A DNA stretch of 63,987 bases, the filler included, from Octopus bimaculoides (Eukaryota), in NCBI RefSeq assembly GCF_001194135.2. It is 6 parts of 6 records of this genome, joined end to end, with 100 filler letters (N's around TTAATTAATTAA, not from the genome) between each part and the next. Parts side by side here need not be neighbours in the genome. Positions count along the whole stretch, not along the records: positions 1 to 16,165 come from NC_068993.1; positions 16,266 to 21,766 come from NC_069000.1; positions 21,867 to 42,013 come from NC_068990.1; 3 more parts are not named here. One strand, given 5' to 3'. The position numbers and the translations under genes are program-made. Numbering within the stretch: the stretch's first letter is position 1; each line of letters starts with the position of its first letter. Shown here piece by piece: positions 12,150 to 24,208 of the stretch. The notes beneath the pieces were generated by a model. The model ran no database searches. It saw only the letters and a list, made by a program, of their open reading frames with translations, and was not told the DNA's origin.

Positions 12150-14260
12150 CGCAATCATGCTCATCTTCCACACCACTAACACAGTTATGTTTTACACCTG
12201 TACTTCCACCACCACCACCACCACCAGCACCACCACCACCATCTCTAACTTAACTACTGTCTCCAACAATACCTTCAGCATCACCACCGACTTGCTTACA
12301 GTTAACACAGACATGATTATCATTATTATCATCAACCCGCAACCATCACCTCCATCACCCCTATTTATACAATCTCCGTCTCCACACCAACATCACCTCC
12401 ATCATCACCGTCACCACTATCGTCTTCACCATCGCTATCAACACCGTCACCACCACCACCGTCACTACCACCATTATAATCTGCACCTCCATCACCTCGT
12501 TCATTGCTATCGTCACCAACAAGACCACGATGAATCGCCATTCCCCACTTCCATCGCCACCACCTGCTCGAACTCCACCGACGTCATCGCCGTTATGACA
12601 AGCATCATCGTCAATGCCACCACCATCACCACAAGCGCAACCACGAATACCGCAAACACCTCCGTCATTGCCATCAACATCAACACCACTAATATCCCCA
12701 CCACCTGCAGCACCACCACCTGCAGCACCACCACCTGCAGCACCACCGCTAGCACCACCACCACTGCCATCAGCACCGGCATCATCACAATTTCCACTGT
12801 CTTTTGTTACTACTATTATAATAATATCTACTACTAACTCAACGACAACAAAGATCGCCTCCTCTGCTACAACAACCATCGCCTCCTCCACGATAAGAAC
12901 ATCACCTCCTCCATGACAACCACCAGTACAATAAATTACACCACCACCACCACCGCCACCACAACCACCACTACCACCACCACCACCATCATTAGCCCAA
13001 CTGGCACACCACCGTCATCCCTCCTACCAACTTCGTATGTCACCAAAAACTCCCATCGCCCCTCACATCTTTGTCTCAGCTCAAAGGAATGTCATCTTGT
13101 GTTGCCAGCTTCCTTTCTTTTCTGTATCTCTTACGCAACCTTCCTCTCCGCCCCTACTCTCAACACCGGCAATACCTTCGCCACCATCGCCATCCTATCA
13201 CCATCATCACTACCACATATATCACATCTCCACCACCACCACCACCACCACCACCACCACCNNNNNNNNNNNNNNNNNNNNNNNNNNNNNNNNNNNNNNN
13301 NNNNNNNNNNNNNNNNNNNNNNNNNNNNNNNNNNNNNNNNNNNNNNNNNNNNNNNNNNNNNNNNNNNNNNNNNNNNNNNNNNNNNNNNNNNNNNNNNNNN
13401 NNNNNNNNNNNNNNNNNNNNNNNNNNNNNNNNNNNNNNNNNNNNNNNNNNNNNNNNNNNNNNNNNNNNNNNNNNNNNNNNNNNNNNNNNNNNNNNNNNNN
13501 NNNNNNNNNNNNNNNNNNNNNNNNNNNNNNNNNNNNNNNNNNNNNNNNNNNNNNNNNNNNNNNNNNNNNNNNNNNNNNNNNNNNNNNNNNNNNNNNNNNN
13601 NNNNNNNNNNNNNNNNNNNNNNNNNNNNNNNNNNNNNNNNNNNNNNNNNNNNNNNNNNNNNNNNNNNNNNNNNNNNNNNNNNNNNNNNNNNNNNNNNNNN
13701 NNNNNNNNNNNNNAACAACAACACCGCTGTCATAATCGCTAACAACAACAACACCGCTGCTTCAAAGCCAAACTCCATCACTTTCGCCTCTACTAATAGT
13801 ATCATCACCGCCATATTATCCTCCACCACCTGCTTCACCATTAATACATTAACTGCCATCCTACCACTACTACCATCGCCACCACAGCCAGGAACATCAC
13901 CACTACTACAATAACAACCACGGTATTACAAAAGCCACCGACACCACCACCACCACCACAACCACTACCACAAAACAAACACCATCACCATCACCACAAT
14001 ATTCACGACCACTGCCAACACCATTACTAGTATAAAACCACCATTACCACCACTACTACAAAACATCCACCATCACTACAACATCCCCATCCACCGTCAC
14101 CATCATCACTTGTATAAAACAACCACAAGCACCACAACCACAACCACAACCACCACCGGTACCACTATCATTATCAGTACTGGAATACCTACTAACACTA
14201 CTACCGCCATATCATCCACCACAATCGCTGCTATCATCCCTCTGCCATCTAACTCAGATG
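12150..14260. repeat. Cryptic triplet low-complexity tract (ACC/CAC/ATC-rich)
   Basis: Degenerate (ACC)n, (ACA)n and (ATC)n runs; includes a ~450-N gap. Confidence 0.85.
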
Positions 14261-14506
14261 GCGAACCAAATCACGAAATTAGCAGCTTTTTAGAATTGCA
14301 CCAACAACAAAAGCAACGACAGTCTATTGTTGTTGCTGTTATTGTTGTTGTTGTTGTAGCTAGTCCACGTGGTGGTGGCGGTGGTGTCAGTCACCAATGC
14401 CTCCGGCGCCGTCACCTTTACCATAGACATCGTCGTCGTGGTTGTTGTTGTCGCTGTTGTGGCCATCGTCGATCAGTACCATTATATTTTTTTAATATTC
14501 TTTCTT

Positions 14507-14656
14507 GGCACAAGGCCCGAAATTTTGGGAGGGGTGGTGGCAGTCGATTAAGTCGACCCAAGTACACAAATGGCACGTAATTTATCGACCTCGAAAGGAT
14601 GAAAGGCAAAGTCGACCTCGGTGGAATTTGAACTCAGAACGTAAAGACAGACGAAG
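14507..14656 (-). mobile_element. SINE family B fragment
   Basis: ATTTATCGACCTCGAAAGGATGAAAGGCAAAGTCGACCTCGGTGGAATTTGAACTCAGAAC. Confidence 0.85.
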
Positions 14657-14697
14657 TCTCATTGCAATATAATATTGACAGAGCAAACACACATACA

Positions 14698-14737
<40 letters not shown>

Positions 14738-16097
14738 CACACGCACGCGCGCACACAGGCACACACGCACACACGCCTACACATGTGTGGGTGCGATGAA
14801 ATGTTCCTTGCATTGGGTAAAAGGAAATGGAGGAGGACCAGTTAATTATGATTTTATTCAACATATTCTCCTATCAATTTCGCACAGTTATTGCAGGAGT
14901 CGTTCAGTTTTTCTGACCCCTGTAAAAGAACTGGGAAGGCTGGGCTTCCAGCCAGGCCTTTTGCGATACCCTTGAAATCAAGAACTTTTCNNNNNNNNNN
15001 NNNNNNNNNNNNNNNNNNNNNNNNNNNNNNNNNNNNNNNNNNNNNNNNNNNNNNNNNNNNNNNNNNNNNNNNNNNNNNNNNNNNNNNNNNNNNNNNNNNN
15101 NNNNNNNNNNNNNNNNNNNNNNNNNNNNNNNNNNNNNNNNNNNNNNNNNNNNNNNNNNNNNNNNNNNNNNNNNNNNNNNNNNNNNNNNNNNNNNNNNNNN
15201 NNNNNNNNNNNNNNNNNNNNNNNNNNNNNNNNNNNNNNNNNNNNNNNNNNNNNNNNNNNNNNNNNNNNNNNNNNNNNNNNNNNNNNNNNNNNNNNNNNNN
15301 NNNNNNNNNNNNNNNNNNNNNNNNNNNNNNNNNNNNNNNNNNNNNNNNNNNNNNNNNNNNNNNNNNNNNNNNNNNNNNNNNNNNNNNNNNNNNNNNNNNN
15401 NNNNNNNNNNNNNNNNNNNNNNNNNNNNNNNNNNNNNNNNNNNNNNNNNNNNNNNNNNNNNNNNNNNNNNNNNNNNNNAGCAACCTTCTTACTACACAGT
15501 CACGCGTGCGCCTATGCTTTTTTCCTTAAGGGGATAGATTCGGCTAATGATTTCAGCAAGTCGAACCACCTCATAAACATTCTCCGGTTACATTGTGCTA
15601 AAGGTGATGGCGGAGATAATACAAACATATGTTGGTGATGGTGGGTACCGTTATTGCTGTAGTTTTTGTTCTTCTTTTTCTTCTTCTTGACGGTGGTTGT
15701 GGAGGTGGTAGTGGAGGTGGTGATGGTGGAAACCGTGGTCGTAAATAGACGGTGGTTGCAAATGATATGTGACAGATCGTGTGGACAGTAAGTCATATTC
15801 ACACTGTCAGATTATAGATTTGCCCCCACCAGGACAGACCTGGGGCTAAACAACAACAGATAAAGAAAAGTATTACAAAACAAACCGTAAAGAAATGTTG
15901 TAGACGTTATTGTTGCTGTGATGGTGGTGGTTGAGCATTGGGTAAGAGTATGAGGTAGTGGATGAGGGTAAAGCGGAGTAGGAGTAAATTAACTAACATA
16001 TGCTTACCCCCACACACACAATAGATAAACACATACACACATACATATATACAATAATATATACATATACATATATATATGATATATATAGATATAT

Positions 16098-16165
<68 letters not shown>

Positions 16166-16209
16166 NNNNNNNNNNNNNNNNNNNNNNNNNNNNNNNNNNN
16201 NNNNNNNNN

Positions 16210-16221
16210 TTAATTAATTAA
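16210..16221. other. Assembly linker (six-frame stop) inside a 100-bp spacer
   Basis: 44 N + TTAATTAATTAA + 44 N; palindromic, with TAA in all six frames. Confidence 0.93.
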
Positions 16222-16413
16222 NNNNNNNNNNNNNNNNNNNNNNNNNNNNNNNNNNNNNNNNNNNNTATATATATATATATTTATATATATAGGAACACAC
16301 ACATATAGGAACACACACAACACACATATGTAAACATAGATGTGTAGATATAATCTCAGGTCCAAGTCCAAAGTTCACAACACAAAACCCACAAATGGTG
16401 ACACACTCACAGT

Positions 16414-16466
<53 letters not shown>

Positions 16467-16722
16467 TTAAAATTATACACACACCCATCCACCTAGTGTA
16501 TATGTAAATAACAAACTTCACTGTTCACATACATAGAAAAGAGCAAAGAAGGAGTGTGTATGTGTGTGTGTGCGTGCGTGCTAGCCTGGAGAAGGCTAAT
16601 CAGTAGCACATCTTTACCCTTTGACCAAACTGTCCCCTCGCAGATGTGCTTTTGTAAAAACAAAACCATTCTAAGTTGACTTGATTTTCTCCTTTTAATA
16701 AAAGTCTATAAAACAAGCATAT

Positions 16723-17157
16723 TTAACCCTTTAGCGTTCAGATTACTGACAAACAATAATGCCTGTTTATTCACATTGTTTTGAATAATCACGGATTATC
16801 TCATATCTTTCCGATTTCTATTGTGCTATTGTCTATTTTTAGCATGACATTGTAGAGTAGGTGTGAGAGGCCAGACCTAGCTACTTTGAATATAAAACAG
16901 ATAAATATTTGGGACTGATATGGCTGGTTTAAACAAACCCTTTACTATTCAGAATACTCTGTCAAATGTAATATTTATTCACATTGTTTTGAATTTATCA
17001 TATATTATCTTGTAGCTTCAAGGTTTAGACAATAGAATTGTTTATTTTCAGTATGACATTGTAGAGTAGGTGTGAAAGGCCTGACCTGGCCAGTTTGAAC
17101 ATATTACTCATAGCATATTTGGTTCTGATAAGGCTGGTTTGAATACTAAAAGGTTGA
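16723..17157 (+). mobile_element. Two tandem copies of a piggyBac-like (TTAA-CCC) MITE
   Basis: TTAACCCTTTAGC start; a second AACCCTTT start at ~16936; shared GACATTGTAGAGTAGGTGTGA core; ends ACTAAAAGGTTGA. Confidence 0.65.
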
Positions 17158-17186
17158 TAGTCTCTCATGCAATTAATACTCTAAAT

Positions 17187-17581
17187 CAGTGGTTTTCAAT
17201 TAGGATCCATACAAACCTTGGAAGTCTACAAAAAACTTTTAGGGGCCCCATGCAAGCAAAATAGTAAAGTTGGGGATCCACAGTAGTGTCTTAAAGGTCC
17301 GTGAAAAAAATTTGCCTTTAGATATATTTATCATAGGAAACAGCAAGGTCTCTTCCTATAATGTTTTACATAGTTTTAGCATGTTTTTGGTTACCGAAAT
17401 GTTCTCTCACAGAGGGCTTTTACAAACCTACACAATTCAATAAATGAAAAACAAAAGAAGAATTTTGAAAGGAGTACCTATAAAACTAGTTTCTGAACAT
17501 CACAGGGTTCCGGGGGTCCACCAGAATAAAATAGTAATCGAAGGGGTCCAGTGGTAAAAAAAAAATGGTTGGGAACCACTG
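17187..17581. mobile_element. hAT (Charlie/Buster-type) MITE
   Basis: TIRs CAGTGGTTTTCAA / TTGGGAACCACTG; 8-bp TSD CTCTAAAT / GTCTAAAT; repeated GGGGTCCA subterminal motifs. Confidence 0.85.
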
Positions 17582-17639
17582 GTCTAAATTAGCCTTTACA
17601 CAAATGTATGTATTTTTGAAGTTTGAATACTCACTAGAC

Positions 17640-18042
17640 TAGTGGTTCTCAACTGGGGTCCATATGACCCTGAAGGGTCCATATAAGGTTCTGTTGTTAA
17701 AATTTATGTGCAATAAATTGGTTAAACTTCTACAATGCATAAAATATTTCAACAATATTTTTATACAATTCTTAATATTTAATTATAAAAATATAAATTT
17801 AAATGTTGAAGTGAATCTAATGGTCTTTGTGTGTTATTTTAAATGGCTTATAGACACCTTCCACACTGCAATTGTTTTCGTTCCAGCACACGATCTCAGA
17901 TCAGGTCACTTGCTATGCAAGTACATCTCTGTAGTATAATAATAGGAATTTTTTTAAACATCATGTGGGAATAAGGGTTCATCAGAAGAAAATAGGGATC
18001 ATAAAGGGTCCATAGGAAAAAAAAACGGGTTCAGAAACACTA
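17640..18042. mobile_element. hAT (Charlie/Buster-type) MITE, second copy
   Basis: TIRs TAGTGGTTCTCAAC / GTTCAGAAACACTA (12/14 match); 8-bp TSD CACTAGAC / CAGTAGAC; GGGGTCCA motifs. Confidence 0.82.
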
Positions 18043-18241
18043 CAGTAGACATTTACATCTAAAATATAATTTCAAATACTTATGTACACACACACACACA
18101 CACACACACATACTCAGTTATGTGCGTGCACATACACATACACACTAAAATATACAATTTGTACATGCATATGCAAAGCATGATGTAATCACAAACACAA
18201 TAAACAACGCAGTCATTTACCACACCCAGATGCATACCAAT

Positions 18242-18283
<42 letters not shown>

Positions 18284-18592
18284 TTATACTCTCATGCACA
18301 TTCACACTTCCCAGGCACATTCATACACTAGCAAACCCTTCACATTCATACACAAATATATAATCAACGTAATCATTTTAACGTCCACTTTTTTCATTTT
18401 TGCATGGGTTGGATGAGGCACATTTTCTACAGCTGGATGCCCTTCCTGTTGCCAACTCTCACCTGTTTCCATGGAAGATTTAAAACAAAGGACACTGCTT
18501 GAGTGATGACAATGCTCATTTTAGAACTATTGCATAATATTAAGACAAGGGGACACAAAGATATACATGCATACATGTGTATACTGATATAT

Positions 18593-18745
18593 GACAAGCT
18601 TCTTTCAGTTTCCATCAACCAAATCCAATCATAAGGCTTTGGTTTGTAGGGGGCTATAGTAGAAAATACTTGGTCATGGTGCTACTTTGAGGGACTGAAC
18701 CCTGGACCATATCGTTGGGAAGCAATCTTCCGAACAACAGAAGCA
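18593..18745 (-). mobile_element. SINE family A 5' fragment
   Basis: Reverse-complement match to the head region (GGGACTGAACCC, GCTATAGTAGAA). Confidence 0.72.
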
Positions 18746-19002
18746 ATGCATGTTTTTAAAACAAGGACAACAAGAGCACTGTTTTTTGAATAATATCCAT
18801 GTAAAGATAGGCATGGAGGCAGACACACACGCACATGCATATGTGCATTCTTGAAATATTTGTTCTGCACCAAGTTACAGATATTCCCCTGTCACTTTTC
18901 CCAGCAGAAATGCAGTGAACCAACCAGTGTGTGCATCCCAATGGAAAACTATAGCCAACAATGCTATTTTTCACCAATTGCCTTATAAGATTAATAAACT
19001 TA

Positions 19003-19496
19003 GGCATAGGAGTGGCTGTGTGGTAAGTAGCTTGCTTATGAACCACATGGTTCCGGGTTCAGTCCCACTGCGTGGCACCTTGGGCAAGTGTCTTCTACTA
19101 TAGCCTTGGGCTGACCAAAGCCTTGTGAGTGGATTTGGTAGACGGAAACTGAAAGAAGCCCGTCGTATATATATATATATATATATATATATNNNNNNNN
19201 NNNNNNNNNNNNNNNNNNNNNNNNNNNNNNNNNNNNNNNNNNNNNNNNNNNNNNNNNGTGTGTGTGTGTGTGTGTGTGTGTGTTTGCGTGTGTATGTTTG
19301 TCCCCCCATCATCGCTTGACAACCGATGCTAGTGTGTTTACGTCCCCGTAACTTAGCAGCTTGGCAAAAGAGACAGATAGAATAAGTACTAGGCTTACAT
19401 AGAATAAGTCCTGGGGTCGATTTGCTCGACTAAGGGCGGTGCTTCAGCATGGCCACAGTCAAATGACTGAAACAAGTAAAAGAGTAAAAAAAGAGT
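19003..19496 (+). mobile_element. SINE family A, full length (internal microsatellite contains a gap)
   Basis: A-box TGGCTGTGTGGTAAG, B-box GGTTCCGGGTTCAGTCCC, internal (AT)n/(GT)n, 3' GACTGAAACAAGTAAAAGAG. Confidence 0.9.
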
Positions 19497-19690
19497 AATA
19501 TAAATATCTATTTTTAAAACTAGTCATTTACTTAAAGACAAATAATTTTTCTCAAAATAGGTTATGCAATTTTATTATATATTCTTTATTTTTAATATCA
19601 TTATTCTTTATTATTATATCACTGACACTTTTACTACCATTAGGCACAAAAACACGAACCTTTATACAAATCTATAGGTGTTGAGTTTTC

Positions 19691-19733
<43 letters not shown>

Positions 19734-20231
19734 NNNNNNNNNNNNNNNNNNNNNNNNNNNNNNNNNNNNNNNNNNNNNNNNNNNNNNNNNNNNNNNNNNN
19801 NNNNNNNNNNNNNNNNNNNNNNNNNNNNNNNNNGTGTGTGTATGTGTATGTCTGCATGCATATGTGTGTGTGTGTGTGTGTGTGCATGAAAGTTGTTATG
19901 TCCAGTTCTCTCATGAGATTAGCACAGTGACAAAAAAAAGAAAAAGTGTTAGCACATTACTATCCCTTGTAAACAAACATATGTGTCTAATGGTTTTGTA
20001 CTCTCAAATTATTTAGACTAAAAATTCTTTTGTGTAACAGGAAAGGATTGACAGTGGGAAAAATACTGCCTCAGATTATTGAGACCCATCCAACCAATGA
20101 CAGCATAGAAAAACAAGTATAAAATCAATGATTTACAAGTCCTTCACATAATAGAAAACTAAAACGGTTTGTTTGGGTCTTTACCTAATTTATTTTGTTA
20201 TAGTTGAAAAAGGTAATCAAATAAAGTTCCT

Positions 20232-20634
20232 GAGTGGCTGTGTGGTAAGTAGCTTGCTTACCAACCACATGTTTCTGGGTTCATTCCCACTGCGTGGCAC
20301 CTTGGGAAAGTGTCTTCTACTATAGCCTCGGGCCGACCAAAGCCTTGTGAATGGATTTGGTAGACGGAAACTGAAAGAAGCCTGTCGTATAAATGTATAT
20401 ATATATATGTATGTGTATATGTTTGTGTGTCTGTGTCTGTCCCCACAACATCGCTTGACAACCGATGGTAGTGTGTTTGCGTCCCCGTAACCTAGCGGTT
20501 CCGTAAAATAGACCGATAGAATAAGTGCTAGGCTTACAAAGAATAAGCTCTGGGGTCGATTTGCTCGACTACAAAGGCGGTGCTCCAGCATGGCCACAGT
20601 CAAATGACTGAAACAAGTAAAAGCATAAAAGAGT
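20232..20634 (+). mobile_element. SINE family A, full length
   Basis: Co-linear and highly similar to 19003-19496. Confidence 0.9.
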
Positions 20635-20826
20635 AACCCAAGTATTCTACCTGTCTTATGTTCAAACTTGCCCCTTCTGGCCTCTCACACTCACCCTTCA
20701 ATGTCATTCTAAGAGCAATCATGCCATAAAAATCTCAAAGCTACAAGATAATGCATGATTAATTGAAAACAATGTCAATAAATAAACATTATGTTTGACA
20801 GAGTAATTTCAATGCTAAAGGGTGAA
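20634..20826 (-). mobile_element. Same TTAA-type MITE family, reverse orientation
   Basis: Reverse complement of the 16723-17157 unit; ends AATGCTAAAGGGTGAA. Confidence 0.6.
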
Positions 20827-21092
20827 AATGATCTTGTCAGGTAGCCTCACTAAAGATAAACACATGAACAGCTAATGTTTTGTTTCTACCGCCTTTAAGA
20901 ACGAATCTAAAGCATAATCTTAAACATTTAAGCAACGTGTGTCAAATAAAGCTACTTGATGCACCTACCAACTTGTTCTAGGATTAATGAGTATATAAGG
21001 ATTAAGAAATATTTAAACTGTATCTCTTTATCTAGATTTAGAAAGAAAACAGACAAATGATGCTAGAAAAAATGTGTGAAAATATTATAATA

Positions 21093-21285
21093 GGTACAGA
21101 CATGGCTCTGTGGTTAAGAAGCTCATTTTATGACCATCATGGTTTTGGATTCAGTCCAATTGGGCATCACCTTAGGCAAGTGTTTTGTACTATAGCTCTG
21201 GGCTGACCAATACCTTGTGAGTGAGTTTGGTTGATAGAAACTATGTAGAAGCTCATTGTGTGTATATATGTGTGTGTGTGTGTGT
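21093..21285 (+). mobile_element. SINE family A 5' half, diverged
   Basis: TGGCTCTGTGGTTAAG A-box and CTTAGGCAAGTGTTTTGTACTATAGC. Confidence 0.75.
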
Positions 21286-21289
21286 ATGT

Positions 21290-21493
21290 ATCATCATCAT
21301 CATCGTTTAACGTCTGCTTTCCATGCTAGCATGGGTTGGACGATTTGACTGAGGACTGGTGAACCAGATGGCTACACCAGGCTCCAATCTGATTTGGCAG
21401 AGTTTCTACAGCTGGATGCCCCTCCTAACGCCAACCACTCCGAGAGTGTAGTGGGTGCTTTTTACGTGCCACCTGCACAGGAGCCAGTCCAGC
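21290..21493 (-). mobile_element. Retroposon family C 3' end with (GAT)n tail
   Basis: (ATC)n followed by GTTTAACGTCTGCTTTCCATGCTAGCATGGGTTGGACG...CTACAGCTGGATGCCC; reverse complement of 44624-44937. Confidence 0.85.
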
Positions 21494-21734
21494 GATATAA
21501 AATACGAGAGAAAGAAAATGAAATTCGTGGGAGACTTTATTATTCATAACAATTGTTTTGACCCATCATGCATTGGTGCCTCATGAGTGAGATACCATTT
21601 TCTTTCTCTCAATCATGAAGGAAATCCTGAGGTAAATCTAGTGGTATATACCTCCACACTGGTAATGACATCAGGTAGCTGAATACTGTGAACAGGATTT
21701 AAATGGTATACTATAAGGTGTATAACCGAATTTA

Positions 21735-21766
<32 letters not shown>

Positions 21767-21810
21767 NNNNNNNNNNNNNNNNNNNNNNNNNNNNNNNNNN
21801 NNNNNNNNNN

Positions 21811-21822
21811 TTAATTAATTAA
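21811..21822. other. Assembly linker
   Basis: Same N-TTAATTAATTAA-N pattern. Confidence 0.93.
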
Positions 21823-21866
21823 NNNNNNNNNNNNNNNNNNNNNNNNNNNNNNNNNNNNNNNNNNNN

Positions 21867-21909
<43 letters not shown>

Positions 21910-22341
21910 GTATAAATTTTTAACAAGAAAAATATTAACAGCGACTTCGAACATTTAACCAGCTAGCCCAACATTGGACTATGGTACATTTGTGTTCATT
22001 TTGGTGTCATATAGTCTGTGTTAAACTAAGATTATTGACTATAGGCTGAACTATATTGGATGCTAATTAGAGTTTAGGGTACGTTTAATGCGGAGGTGGC
22101 GCAGAAATGTTTTTTAAATTAAATTCTGGATTGATTGTAATGACTCTATATGTATTTTCAGTACGTTACGTTTTAGATCATGGGGCTATTTTTGTAGGAG
22201 TTCACAAAAGAACGTGGGTACCTACAATTGGTATGATGCTCAAAAGATGTTTGACTAAGCTTATTTTTGTTGTCGTCTTTATTTGGATATTTATGGGAAA
22301 TTTAACATTTTGTTTTGAGAGTGTGAATACTGAAGTTCAGA

Positions 22342-22805
22342 GTGCTGACGTTTCTTACTTCTTTATTGCCCACAAGGGGGCTAAACATAGAGGGGACAAA
22401 CAAGGACAGAGAAAGGGATTAGGACGATTACATCGACTCCAGTGCGCAACTTGTACTTAATTTATCGATCCCGAAAGGATGAAAGACATAGTCAACCACG
22501 GCGGAATTTGAACTCAGAACGTAACGGGAGACGAAATACCGTTAAGCATTTCGCCCGGGGTGCTAACATTTCTTATTTCTTTTATTGCCCACAAGGGGCT
22601 AAACATAAAGGGGACAAACAAGGACAGAAAAAGGGATTAAGTCGATTACATCGACCCCAGTACCTAACTGGTACCTAATTTATCGATCCCGAAAGGATGA
22701 AAGGCAAAGTTGACCTCGGCGGAATTTGAACTCAGATCGTAACGGCAGATGAAATATCGCTAAGCATTTCGCCCGACGTGCTAACATTTCTGCCAGTTCG
22801 CCGCC
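22342..22805 (-). mobile_element. SINE family B head-to-tail dimer (218-bp period)
   Basis: GTGCT(A/G)AC(A/G)TTTCT recurs at 22342, 22560 and 22778. Each unit has the GAGTTCAAATTCC B-box and the CTTTCATCCTTTCGGGATCGATAAAT central domain. Confidence 0.9.
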
Positions 22806-24137
22806 TTTCACCTGTTTATATTGATATAGTAGAGGTTACCAGGTAAGCATGTCATGGTGTTGTTCATATGGAAATTTGCTAAAATGTTGTTGGCCACCAT
22901 CTTTGTCTATAGGAGTTCATGATTTTAGAAATTTTTTGATTGCTATGTAGAAATATTAACTTTTGTGTTTTATGGAGGTGAAGTTGTGAGCTATTGTTTG
23001 TTTAAATATTTCTCGTATTCGCTTACAAGTGAGGGCTTTTGACTTGTGATTGCATGCAAAGGTGTGCCTGGTAAAATGTGTGCATATACGTATGTTTATC
23101 TAGGAATAAAAATTATATACGTATGTATATCAGGGAATAAAAATTAAAATAATGCTAAAAATAATAAATTAGTACAAAAAAATCTCATTTACGTTTGTCT
23201 TGTATCCTTTTTGCATATATATACATATACATCCGTGTATGTCCGTTTGTGCAAGTATTTTGTGGGAATCCTGATTGATAATTCGAGAACATTTAAATAA
23301 TTTTTATACGATCTTTTAGAGTAGAACTGCAGCATTAATTTTTATGAGTATTGTTTATTTACATACATGCATAATTTCTGAGTAATAACAGCGGCAAATT
23401 TTATCAATAAAATTTTCTACAGCACTTCTCCATCACCACTTACATGATAACCTATCATTAAACAGAGTTCAGCTTATTCTAGAAAACTTTAGCTAAACAG
23501 AGACTATAGGAAGCCGAGATAAACTCAAATATACCACAGCCCCATAATGGTTTCGTTGGATGAAACTGCCAACTCATTGTTAATATTTTTCTTGTTAAAT
23601 GATAATCAAATTCAATCCTGCTAAATGTATTGAGTAACCTCGCTTTTCAATGTGAGATTGTTTATAATATAACAAGAAACTTATAATATTATTGAATATA
23701 TGATAGACCCGCCCGTCGAAGGGGATGTATGAGCGTTCAGATTTACCCGAACAATCAGCAAAAACGATTTGTTTAGAGTGGCCAAATGTTCATATTGCAC
23801 ATTAGCTCACTTTCCCCATCAAATTCACGTTGTCCGAACAGTTGGATGGTATCCAGCATGTCAAGTGTCGAAGTCATATCGCATAACAACAGGAGATGAA
23901 GCTGTTTGCTCAAGAGTAGCAACAGCGCACAACACCATCAAAGAAATGGGTACCAGCCCATGCGCAGCTCACACTATTTAACACACAGACACACACATAC
24001 AAACACAAACACATACACACGCACACACACACATATATATACATACGTATGCATATACATATAGATATACATACACACAAACACACACCACACACACACC
24101 ACACACTCACATATATATGTATATATATATATATCTG

Positions 24138-24184
<47 letters not shown>

Positions 24185-24208
24185 GTCTGTCTATCTATCT
24201 GTCTATCT

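Noticed and set aside
16210-16221. TTAATTAATTAA as a recurrent biological motif (PacI-like or homeobox site)
   Set aside because: It is always centred between two 44-N runs, so it is an artificial linker.
18895-18990. Possible Dvl exon because of SQQCYF (compare SEQCYY)
   Set aside because: The surrounding residues do not match DEP, the frame ends in a stop, and it lies upstream of the DEP-start exon on a different assembly piece.
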